From NCBI GenBank assembly GCA_030704615.1, contig CM060734.1, forward strand, positions 45,198,001-45,262,000: DNA of 64,000 bases, read 5' to 3'. The stretch's first letter is position 1; each line of letters starts with the position of its first letter. This document shows, in pieces, positions 51,795 through 63,232 of the stretch. The position numbers and the translations under genes were made by a program. This DNA comes from Takakia lepidozioides (lineage: Eukaryota > Plantae > Bryophyta). The notes under the pieces are model-generated. The model was given only the letters and a program-made list of their open reading frames with translations. It searched no databases and was not told the DNA's origin.

Positions 51795-51904
51795 CCTACC
51801 GACTCTTACACTTCCCAACCAAGCAATACCACCTAACATGTCTACCAAGGACTGTGGCATCCCCGTCCCACAGAAGAAAAGGAAGCAACCACCTGTGTGT
51901 CATG

Positions 51905-52000
51905 AAGAAATGAAATGAAACATTCTCCATGACATCCACGGAAAGCTCAAGGAGCTTGTGGGACAAGAGAAAGCATGAAATAAGAAAGAGAGAGGGGCAC
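51905..52000 (-). mobile_element. Old 3' end of LINE family A
   Basis: GAAATGAAATGAAA...TCCACGGAAAGCTCAAGGAGCTTGTGGGACAA is the reverse complement of the family A 3' UTR and tail. Confidence 0.7.
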
Positions 52001-52188
52001 AAGAGAAAGGAGAATGCCCAGATTGCAAGTCTCAACTTGGAAGTCCATTACTCTCCACAATGGAAGTGTATGAGGTCAGGCAATGAGAGAAGGAGCAGAA
52101 CATAGCCAAGCTATCAAGAACTGAAGGAGGCATGAGCACTGGAGCAAGAGCAGCAGAGAGTGCAGGAGTGGTGGCATTACGAATTGTG

Positions 52189-54480
52189 ATGCAGCGGGTG
52201 TCCCAGGTGGCCGGAAGGGCTAATCGCCCTGCCTCCGAGGTTGCATTTCTTATCTTGTTCTCATTCTGAATAGGTTTTGTGAAAGTTGCTTGGGGCTCTG
52301 GGGATTGTGGCCTGGTCTATGGAAGCGGATTTTGAAGCCATGGCTGCTCGGATGCCCACCGGTGGTTTACACAGAATCGTCCAAGACCACTTGATCACAA
52401 CCATAAGCGCAAAATTGACGCCCTTTGGATTGAAGCTGGGCCGAAGCCTCCTTCGGCAGAACCAGCGCTGGCTGTCATGATACAAGATCGAGCACAATCT
52501 GGTTATGGTGTCAACAAGGGCTCTTATGGAGATGTTAGAACACTATGTAAGGCAGGACACTTGAAAGAGGCGTTGCACATTTTGAACAAACAAGGCACTT
52601 CGGCAGACTCTTATACTTATGTCTGTCTCTTGCGGGAGTGCATCAGAATTGAAAACCTGAAACTCGGAAAACAGGTGCATTCCCACATTATTCAAAGTGG
52701 ATTCAAGCCGAACCTGTTTCTACTCAACGCCCTTGTCAATATGTATGCAAAGTGTGGGAGCCTGGCGGATGCACGCCAAGTGTTTGACAAAATTGGCAAA
52801 CAAGATATGTTTACATGGAATATAATGATAGCAGGATATGCCAAGCATGGCTGTGGTAGGCAGGCCTTCGAGCTCTACCAGCAAATGATAGGGGGAGGGG
52901 TGACGCCCAACAAGGTCACCTTCATTTGTGTTCTCAAGGCGTGTGCGAGCTTGGCCGCCTTCGAAATGGGCAAACTGGTCCACGCTGACATCATCAAAGC
53001 TGGAATGGGGCCAGATGTGAATCTGGAGACTGCCCTTGCTGACATGTATGCCAAATGTAGAAGCATGAAGGATGCACAGCAAGTGTTTGATAATATGGCT
53101 CAAAGAAATGTTGTCTCCTGGAGTGTCATGATTGCTGGATATGCTCAGAATGGGTCTGGTATAGAGGCTTTTGAGATGTATGCACAAATGGTACGGGAAG
53201 GGTTTATGCCTAACAAAGTTACGTTTGTGTGTGTTCTCAACGCTTGCTCCAGCCTTGGAGCCATGGAAAAGGGCAAGGAGATTCATGCTGCCATCATCAA
53301 AGCTGGAATCGGGCCAGATCTTATTCTGGATACTGCACTTGTTGACATGTACTCCAAGTGTGGAAACATGAAGGATGCACGGCTAGTGTTTGACAGTATG
53401 GCTAAGCAAGATGTGGTCACATGGAGTGCAATGATCACAGGTTACGTTCAGCATGGGTGTGGTATGGAGGCTTTCGAGATGTATGAGCAAATGATACGGA
53501 AAGGAGTGACTCCTGACAAGATCACATTCATTTGTGCTCTGAATGCGTGTGCTAGCCTGGCAGCCCTGGAAATGGGCAAAGAGGTCCATTCTGACACCAT
53601 TAAATCTGGAATTGCCCAGGATTTCATTCTGGAGACTGCACTTGTTGACATGTATGCTAAATGTGGAAACATGAAGGATGCTCGTCAAGTGTTTGACAAT
53701 ATGGCTAAGCGAGATGTGGTCTCATGGAGTGCAATGATCACAGGATATGCTCAGCACGGGTGTGGTAGGGAGGCCCTGCAACTATTTGAACGAATGCAAC
53801 AGGAAGGCTTGACGCCAAATGCTGTCAGCTTTGTATCTGTCCTCTCTGCATGCAGTCATATGGGCCTAGTGGATGAGGGCTGTCACTACTTTGAGTCCAT
53901 GAGTCAAGCCCATGGCCTCAACCCTACTCTGGAACATTTTGGCTGCATGGTGGACCTTTTTGGGCGTGCAGGGCGGCTGGATGAGGCAGAGGACCTCATT
54001 GACAAAATGTCAGTTGAACCCGGTGCTTTGTTGTGGAAGGCATTGCTTGGTGCCTGCAGAATTCATGGCAATCTGGAAGTATCAGAGCGTGTGGCAAAAC
54101 GTCTTCTCAATTGGGATCCACTGGATGGTGCAACTGGTGTGCTGCTACAGAATATTTATGCTGCTGCCAGCAGCTGGGATGATACAGCGAAGGTGACAAA
54201 ATGATGCAGAACAGAGGTGTCACCAAGGAGCCAAGGTGCAGGTGGACTTCCGGATGCATATATGTGTTGCAGAAAAATTGCGTCCACAAATGAAGGAAAC
54301 CCACGCCGAGCTAAAGAGTTGTCTTAGCAAATGAAGGAGGCTGGATACTTGCCTGGCAGATAAATTTTGTTGTACAATGTCAAGGAGGAGCAACAGTGTT
54401 TCTCTCTTTGCCTCCAAAATGAGAAGCTGTTTGGCCTGAAACCTCTCCATGTCATCAAGAACCTTCAGGTGTGTGGTCAC
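52189..54480 (+). pseudogene. PLS-class PPR RNA-editing factor: intact 575-codon core (52477-54204), broken N-terminus and decayed E+/DYW domain
   Basis: Four 303-nt PLS triplets (MYxKC at 52741, 53044, 53347, 53650); E motifs HFGCMVDLFGRAG, WKALLGACRIH; frameshift at ~54201 before MQNRGVTKEP; DYW relics MKEAGYLP, QNEKL, KNLQVCG; in-frame upstream ATG at 52189 with TGA at 52267 and 52333. Confidence 0.85.
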
Positions 54481-55134
54481 ACCCTCCCCTGCTGTCTCCA
54501 TGGATGAATCAGTGAATGGCCACCTTAGGGAGGAGGGGGGAAGGTCTGTCTATTCATCTTCATCATAAACATGAGTAAAAACCTTTACATCATTGCTATT
54601 CTGGTTCTGCTGAAACATCCTGGATGCAACTTCTGATACTTGTCTTGAGGATGTCTGGTGCATCCCAGTATTTTTATACATCACTGCTTTTGTGGTTGCA
54701 GGCAAATATGCAAAAACCCATAATAGGGATCTCTGGAAGGAAGATCAAAACACAACTAACACTTCCCGAAAAAGCCAGCAGGAGGGGACAGAGAGTCAAG
54801 ACTGACGACTAAGACAGAAAAACCAAGAAGGGTATTAACTGGTGAGGTTACAATTCAGACAGAGGTGACAAAGCCAGCCGGTAAGAAACACAGTTTAACC
54901 AAGGGGGGGGGGATCATTACAAGCCTTGACGCTAAGTTGACCCACAATTCCCTCGAAATGAACTTAGCTTCTTTCCAAACTTTGGGTATGTTTTACACAC
55001 CAAACCAATGATTTTAGGTCGTTCTCAAACTTTGTCCATCAGAAGTCCTCCGTTGAACTAACATTGTACCATTTTAATCTGTCCCTTGATCAGACATGTT
55101 TGGGGTTTGGTGGGTCACATATCGGCAACTCAAT

Positions 55135-55580
55135 TCAAGTGCACGCTTTGCAGCGTTGGGGAACAGCTTCTCTGTATACCCGTTGCATTTCACTTCTCAG
55201 TGCTACGGCAACTCTACCCAGATGGCATCAAGGTGCTATTGCTATTTTTGCGGGATTGGGGGGGCAGAGATAGCCCTCCACAAATTAGGCATAAAGCTCA
55301 ACGTAGTGGTTTCTATTGAGATCATTGAAGGTACCCGTCGTTGCATTCAGGCGTGGTGGGAACACGCCAAGCAGGCTGGTGTTCTTGACCAGAGCTATCA
55401 TGACGTAACCTCACTGAGACGGAGAGATTTATTCAACCTTGTTAGGAAGTACAATGGGTTCGATTTGATTGTTGGCCCTTGTAATAATCTCTCCGGAAAC
55501 AACCACCACGTCGTCACCCAACACTGGCTGGAGGGAAAGCACTCCAGTGTTTTTTTCGAGTTCTAACGGTGTTTTCTTGA
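55135..55580 (+). pseudogene. DRM: DRM-type (DNMT3-family) cytosine methyltransferase catalytic-domain fragment
   Basis: RFAALGNSF / SVLRQLYPDGIKVLLLF / GIGGAEIALHKLGIKLNVVVSIEI...GFDLIVG-PCNNLSGNN...LEGKHSSVFFEF*. This is the rearranged DRM motif order; there are frameshifts, GS is missing before the catalytic PC, and a premature stop follows. Confidence 0.88.
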
Positions 55581-57447
55581 GGAGGTACCCTGAGCTTTAC
55601 TTACTTGATTTATGTGCAATGTAATAGATAACCTGCACAATTACTTCAGTGGGCGCCAGAACAAACAGGATATAGACCCACATTTTCACAAGCACAAATT
55701 TTCCAACTTCAGAGGTTAGTTTTCAGCTTCGATATACTTATGTTATATGGGGCCCCACCCATGCTGACCAGATCAAGAAGCTCTACCACACAGGCCACGA
55801 TGGTGCGGTTACAAGCTGGGCAAGGCCCACATGACGAAGCCCCTGCACAAGTCAACGATGCCTTGCTTCTTCTCTCAACTCCAACTAATGCTTGATTTCG
55901 TGGACATCAGGCCCATTTTATTCTGATGACCTCTAGCTTTCTTTTCAATGTCTCTCTCCTGCTTCTCATTGCAGCTGATGTTTCAAACTGCTTAGGCCAA
56001 ATATATACACTGTAGGGGTCAATATTGAGTGTCATTACGAATGCATCAAGCAGTTCAGCAAGAACTTCAGGTGCATGATAGGACTATTAGTACTAAAATG
56101 GTTGATCTGCAAGTGGATGCATTTCCTATGCTGCCCCTAGGATTGTAAGGGAGTCAGCTTATCCAAAGGGAATTTCTATCAGATAGGGGGAGGAAATCCC
56201 AGGTTAATGCACAGGAGATATCGGAGAAGTAGTGAAGGGCAAACAAGTCACTTAATTTCAGACTTTATGTTGAATGCTGCACTATTGTGTATGACTGCAT
56301 CACAGGCAAAACATCCATTCACTGGAACTCACACTTGAATGCATATTATTATACTCCACTACTCCAAGAAGAATGTCTGCATACTGGACTTGCCGGCTTC
56401 ATTGGAAACTTTGTGCAATATCTTGAGGTCAAAATTGCTTTTGTCCAAGTTGCTTTGTGTTTCGTAGTTGTCCCATGGACCTCCTATGGTCCTGTTTCCT
56501 TCTCCCTGAACCCTGGAGGATGTATTTAACTTGTGCATTTTTTCTTTTCTATCCGAGGAAACACCAGCCCTAGCAACTGGTTCATTCTTTCTCTATAGCA
56601 TGTCTCAACCAGCTGGTACCTGGCATTATTGAAATCCATCAAAACAATTGTTTGTCGCCACACAGGATTGTCATGAGCTATGGCAATTTTAGGGCTCCAG
56701 GATGCCCCATTCTTTTGGCGGTATGTCATAAACCAGGAATGATCAATGAGTGAGTCTATTTTACCAATATCCAGTGACCAGGCACAGGGGTCATTCTTCT
56801 CATCTTTTTCTCCCCCTCCCGAGATGAAGTCAACTTTAAATCTTTCTTCAATCTCCTGGCATATCCTTATCATCATTTTGGTTTTGAGCATGCATGGTCA
56901 ACGAAAAGCGTCTGATATCCAAGTTACTATTCATTCTTCCTCTCATCACTTTTCCTGACCTGCCTGTATTCTGTCTGAACAATTTGCAAGATCTGAACAA
57001 TCAAGTCATGTGCACTATGCACTAATCACCTGTACTGAGGATATAATTTTTGTGGGGGATCACTAGGCAGGCCGGAACCTGGCAGTCAACATTCCAGTCA
57101 TCCTACAGACAAACACAACCAGTTGTTGGAGGAACAGATTGTTCTTGTGCACTTAAGCCTTAGTACCAGGTGCAAGTGTGAGCTTCTGCGTCGTCGTATA
57201 TTGTGGGTTCTTAATGTAGATGTGGTGGTGTTGGTGCTGGCAACCACAGATTGCTGTTATTGGCATACCACCATCACCGCTGTGAACGCACAAGCTCCCC
57301 CCCTTCTCTCTCACTCAGGAGACCATTGTTTACTTTGGTTCCCTGGTAGACTCTCCCCCAGGTGCAGAGTTCGCCAACATCCATATCATCCAGTCATGTG
57401 TGGATTCGACATAAGGAAAAAAAGATGCTACCATTAACAAAAGGGCT

Positions 57448-60400
57448 TCACTGTGGCATTGTTGTCTCCACATACACCCCAATTTTTTGAGTCTCTAACC
57501 AGGATTTGACATCAGGTCCAGATGCCACCAACCAATCACTCCTGTCTAAACTCTCTTCAAAGGGGGAATTCATCTCCTTCAATCGAGATGCAATCGCAGC
57601 ATTCAGCCGTGGTTCGTCTGAACCCCTTAGTCGACCAGCCCCTGTCTCAATAATGAACTTCTCAGAGAGCTCTTGTCCTTCCCGAGCTGCAACACTGATG
57701 GAGGATAGCCAGCTTAGAAGAGCACAGTGCGCAGCACTCACAGACAGTGAGCGCAGGTGTAAGGCCCAAAAGAGCACTGATTTTGATTGAAGACCAGGAT
57801 AAACTCCCAGATTATCCAAAATTGAGAGGATTTCAAAGGCACGGTCATGCAAGCCCTTATTCCAGCAAAGGTCCAACAATGAATTGCAGAACGGTTTGTG
57901 AGCCTCCTCTGCCACCTCACCTAGCAAGGCTTGAAACTCCTTCTGTACTTCATCAACAGAAAACAAAACTTCCCCGATCTGTCCCACTAGATTGTCCAGC
58001 CTTGCACTAGCTTTCCGAAGGCACTCCCGCACCAGGCTACTCTCCTCGTTTGTTTCGCACGAAGTCAAGAGACTAAGCACTGCTCCACATAATCGTTCAT
58101 CTGGCTTGCAATTGGACTTAACCATTTCATCAAAAAGCTCTACAAGTTTATTGTACTCCTTAGCACTTCCACATGCCCAAATAAGTGAGGTGTAAGCCAT
58201 GACATCTGCATCATAGCCAGCCTCCACCAAGCAATTGAAAGTACTTTGAGCCTCAACCACCATGCCCTGTTTTGCGTACAAATTTAACATGTTTTTGTAG
58301 GTCCAGTCATTGGGCTCGAGCCCTGCATCTGCCATCTCTCTCATGAACTGCTCCCCTTCTTTGACTAAGCCTCCCTCCCCGCACATCTTTATGAGGGTGT
58401 TGTAAACGGCAGCATCACATATCACACCCTCTTGTTTCAATCGTTTGAAAACATTCAAGCCATCCTCCACATTTCCTGCCCTGCTATGAGTCTCTATAAT
58501 AGTGCTCAATGTAAAAGCAGTGGGCTTCACCCCAGTCTTCTCCATCTCCTCAAAGATTTTTGTGGCCTGGTGTACCTTCCCCATCCGACCCAGTAGAGAA
58601 ATCAAAGTGTTGTACACAACCGAGTCAGGCTGTATTCCTGACCTTTTCATCTCTCTGAAAACCATGACAGCTTGCTTTGAGTTCCCTGCCTTCCCATATA
58701 TGTTCACCATAGTTCCATACGTGATTTTGTCAGGCTTCCACCCAGCCCCCCTCAAACGCTCATAAAGCGCCAGTGCTTCATCAAAACGTCCAGATCTCCC
58801 ATATACATCTATCATGGAGCTGTATGTTACTTCATCGGGTATACAACCTGCCTCATGCATTCTGTTGAACCATTTCAATGCGTCGTCCTGATAAGATAGC
58901 AGTAAAAACTCTGTCAGAAAATAGTTTTGTGATGAAGAGACCAAAAACATGAAGAGGTGTCAATTCTTAATAACTTAAAAAGTAAGTCTGCAGAGGAAGT
59001 TCAAACCTGATTGTTGCAGCGATTTGCACAACTAATGAGAGTGCTGTAAGTGAAATTATCAGGATGGACACCTGCCCTAATCATGTCCTCAGCAATCCCT
59101 TCCGCAAGTTTCCACTGGCAACCCCGACGCAGCACTTTAAGCATCACATTGTAAGTGAAGAGATTGAGACTTGAGCTGTCTTGGCTCTGCAACCACCTAA
59201 AAACAGCAAAGGCCATTTGCCATCTTTCCAAGGTATTCAGCAGCGTGACTATGTCCCTTGAATTAAGATTTCCCTTCCAGTCCTCCATTGCCATGACTAC
59301 TCCCTCCTTGCTCTCCTCTGCATCTTTAAGCCTGCAATTGATAATAAAAAAACCAAAACCTAATTAAGGGCACACAGGAAATTGTGTTTCCTTGCAAGAA
59401 TTAGTGCAAACATATCAAGGACAAAGAAACATTCTCTTTCCCTTCGTGTCATGAACTCAGTTACCTGACAATATCATCACAATAAAGCCCTCAGAGTACA
59501 GGAAGAGGGGTTGCTTGCAGTCATAAACTCTGCTTGACGATGCCAATAATCCGCACGAGTTGATATTCAGAATCACAGTGGCCATACCATACATGAGACC
59601 CACAGGGGTATTCACATTGCTGGGCTGCCATATTCTGAATATGAACCCCTTGGAATATGCTTAAAAAGCTCCAATTGGACGTATCTATCAATTTTTTCTC
59701 TTGCGTCCAGCTAAAGTACAGATCTTTCTCGCAAGCAGGACATCCTTGGCTCATTAAACGAAATTCAGATGATCACAGATAATTTACTGCAATTCGTTTT
59801 GCAACCGGGGTGTCCTCGTCCCCTGGCATTTTCTCCCTTGTCTCATATTAATAAACAGGTTGGATAAACCCCCGTCCCTGTGAGGATTTGCAGCCCATCT
59901 CTCCAAAGGATTCTCACAGCGAGTCCATTGTCATGCCCAAGTTAGAGGTCTGCCAGCGGTTTTACACGAATTTGGGCACCTGCACATTTATGTTCTATAG
60001 GGGGAAGCAGGTTTGGCAAAGTTCCTCCTTCTCTTCAATCACATCAAACGAAAAAGGGTTGCTCATATCTTACAGATCAAGCACTTCTCTCACAGCGCTC
60101 GAATGCCGTGGTCTCCACGCGTCCAGTCCACTCGAATCCACCCCCTTCAGCCTATTCGTAGAGCGTGCTTCTCTGGGTGCACCCTCAACTTTTTCCAATC
60201 TTCGTGGACTAAGGCTTGACTTAAGCACCCTTTTGAAGGATTCAAGGTTCAGCAAGCGCAATTGTTCGCGGAGGGATTGACTTTGATTACTGACAGCAGG
60301 TTCACTGCCATTATTGCTGGGGGAAGGGGTTTGAGGCCCGGCCTGAGGTTCCTGCTTACACAAACTGTCACCGCTGCAGCTCACTGTCCTCCTGTTACTA

Positions 60401-60486
60401 CTCCTAAGACCCACATCCTGGCGTAGCGAGGGGCTCAGAAAATGCGGGGCAGGCTGTCTTAGGGGACGGGCCGCTAGACCCATCAT
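57448..60486 (-). CDS. P-class PPR-SMR protein (SVR7/SOT1-like), ~725 aa, probably plastid-targeted
   Basis: Exons 60486-60074, 59331-59007, 58887-57448 (2178 nt, in frame, GT-AG); P-type PPR repeats; C-terminal SMR WALHLRSLS...IETGAG...L.EMNSPF; S/R-rich N-terminus. Confidence 0.92.
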
Positions 60487-60942
60487 TCAAGTGAGCAAGA
60501 GGAGGAAGACAGAACAATTGCGTACTGCTCTAAACTTGTACTCGATCTATTTAATCAAAACAACACATTTGTACCAAGACGAATGCTTCCTCAGTCAACA
60601 TACAAAGAAAACATACCCACATATCAAACAAAAGGAGATGAAAGATCCCTCAGTGAAAGCGCAGGTCCTGAGAACAGCCTTGCATTCTACACAGCTACCC
60701 AAAACCCTGAACCAGGAAACCACACAATTTTTGTAGCTCAGGATAAGTAGCCTGCACCTCTACCACTTCCACTTCCAAAAAAATGGCAAAACTGCCTACA
60801 GTTTAAAATTTCATGTGAGTCCACAGAACTTCCAAAGGGCCCTGCATTCATTGTTATTTTGTTATGGACGTGGTGCCTTTGGATAAGAACCGTAGATCCT
60901 TGTCAAGAGTGGATGAATGTTTTCTCAAACCAACTATATTAA

Positions 60943-61308
60943 GGGCAGCTTTACACTAGGCCCCAGGCCCAAGAAATCCCGGGCCCAATTTCTAGCACTC
61001 TTGGGCTTGTCTTGGGCCAACTTCAACGGTCATGATCGCACAAAAATAGTCTATTTTATACCAACTCTCGGGCCCAAGAGGTGAGAGTTGGGTCTCCATT
61101 CTAGGAGGGTTCCTTTTCCTTGGTCCAGCCCAAGAAGTTGGCGCCAAAACTTGTGCCACGTAGGTGCCATGTAGGCAAATGACCCACTTCCATTTTCTTG
61201 GGCTCGGGCCGTAGTGTAAAGCCGTTGGGCCCAATTTTCAGGCCTCCGCCAATGGGAATGCTCCATTCTCAATTGGTATTGGGCTTGGGCCCTAGTGTAA
61301 AGCGGCCA
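60943..61308. mobile_element. PIF/Harbinger (Tourist-like) MITE, 366 bp
   Basis: TIRs GGGCAGCTTTACACTAGG / CCTAGTGTAAAGCGGCCA; TAA TSD at 60940-60942 and 61309-61311. Confidence 0.88.
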
Positions 61309-62384
61309 TAAGGCTCAGCATAAGATCTAACAACTATGGAGGTGCATCTGCTTCAACAAAGTAGTCTAGATATGTGGGTTCTTTGGATATGGATGTTGCA
61401 ACGAAGATAGGAGGTAGGTACGGGGAAGGCGTGCCTCAGGAGGATGCAGAGAGGTGCATCAAACCTTTATCCCACACCTCTAGACTATGGAAAGCTCGTG
61501 CATTTTACAATTCTTGTGGCTTTTAGTGCTAGCGGGCAGGTTTGTGCGAAGATAGCATCTGACTTCTGTGTGAGAGAAGTGGTGACATGTTGGGAGGGGG
61601 GTTGGTAGAACGTGAGCACACCGATGAGCACAAATGGTGAAACCCATGGTCAGGGGGGTGTCAAGTTATTTTACCACTAGTGTGAAACTAGCTAGGAAAT
61701 AGCTAGCTTTTACATATTGACATTTGGGATTGGCCCCAGGGGTCAAGGCAGATTTAGGCCCTGGAGTGGTTATCTTCACGGCAAGCGCGGAAGGCTCATC
61801 TTTCTCGAGTTGAGCCTCAGCGCGCCTAGCTATGGCACCGTAGTGTGGATTCCCCATGGCGTGGGGTCACTTGGCTTGACTTGTATTTGAGTGATGAGGT
61901 TGCTGCAGGTAATTCCAAAGCACCTTGATGGTTTCAGATTGTGTACATGCATGAGCAAGCACGATTGGGAAGATGACCAATCAAGAGCAGGTTATAGTGG
62001 CTTTGGTGGCAAAGCTGAGAACTGGACTTGGGAATGCGAGCTTTCATTGTGTGAAAGATTGAAAGACCAAGCGAAAGGGCTGATTTGGCTTGGGGCAAAT
62101 CAGTGCACTTTGTGGAGTATGGTGAGATTGGGTTTCAATCTCGAGCTTCAGCATTGAGAGGGCTCTTGTCATGGCAAGAGCAGGGCTGGAACAGGAGCTA
62201 AGAGGTGCGGCAAGGCCATGGAATGTGCACCTAGGGTTTCAAAGCTTGGAAGAAGAGCTCTTGCACCACAAGAGAAGTGTCTTGTGGCTGGAAATGTAAG
62301 CCTTAGGGTTTCAGGAGCTTGGCAAAGGATGTGGAGTGCTTAGTCTTGTCTTAGAGAGCATCAAGGAGCCAAGGAGCCAAGATA

Positions 62385-62800
62385 GGGGGCTGATATCTCT
62401 TGTGTGAAGAGGTTGCATGTGTGGAGCATGTATCCAGCTCATTGAAGCTTCCATCTTCAAGCTTGGAGGGCAAACAAGGAAGAGGGAAGGGCTGACTTCC
62501 CTTATGTGAGGGCAATGCATGTGTGGAGCATGCTATCAGCCTGGTGAAGGCTTGCACTTTCAGGTGTGGGAGTGCAAGAAAGGAAGGAAGGGGCTGGTTT
62601 CCCTGTAGGGCATGTGGAGCATGCTTTCAGCCTGATGAAGCTTGTATTTTCAGGTTTGTGGGTGCAAGAAATGAAGCAAAGGAGCTGATTCTCTTATGGT
62701 GAGAGTGGGGCATGTGTGGAGCATGCCTTCAGCCCATTGAGGCTCTTGTTTTCAAGCTTTAGAGAGCTAGAACGGAAGGTCTAGGGCTGGTTTCCACTTG
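62385..62800. repeat. Degenerate ~100-bp tandem repeat, ~4 copies
   Basis: Recurrent GGGCTG...GCATGTGTGGAGCATG...CAGC..TGAAGCTT..TTCAAG. Confidence 0.8.
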
Positions 62801-63232
62801 GAGTGAAAGAAAGCACTTGTAGGGCCTATGTGAGTTGGGGTTTCAACTTCAAGCTTGAAGGGAGCGCAACTCTTGAAGCAGCAGGTGTAGGGGGCTGGAA
62901 TAGGCTCTAAGACAGATGCTATGGCCAAGGAGAGTGCTTGAATGAGTGCTCACAAGAGCTGGGAACCAGTAGGGCTTGGTTGTTTGCCATTGAGTTTAGT
63001 GGCGTGTTTGGGGAGGCTAAGTGAGAAAGAAGGCTTGGTTTGTGGCAACCACCTCATGGCTTAGGGCTACTATGGTGGTGTGTGGGAGCCGAAAGAGCAA
63101 GAATACCTTGCTGATTTACTCACAGCCGCCATAGCTCGGTGGAAAGAAGCCTAGAGTCCAAGAGACACAAACCCTAGCTTGGCGTGGCTAAACCCCTTAG
63201 AGAAATGGCTAAACTGCCAGAGCGGCCATGGA

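Noticed and set aside
54202-54480. U-to-C type (DYW:KP) editing domain
   Set aside because: The remnant KEPRCRWT fits the ordinary PG-box type and is too degraded for a finer call.
60070-60486. Stand-alone 138-aa ORF, or premature stop in the PPR-SMR gene
   Set aside because: The stop lies inside the intron (CT^GTAAG); splicing restores the frame.
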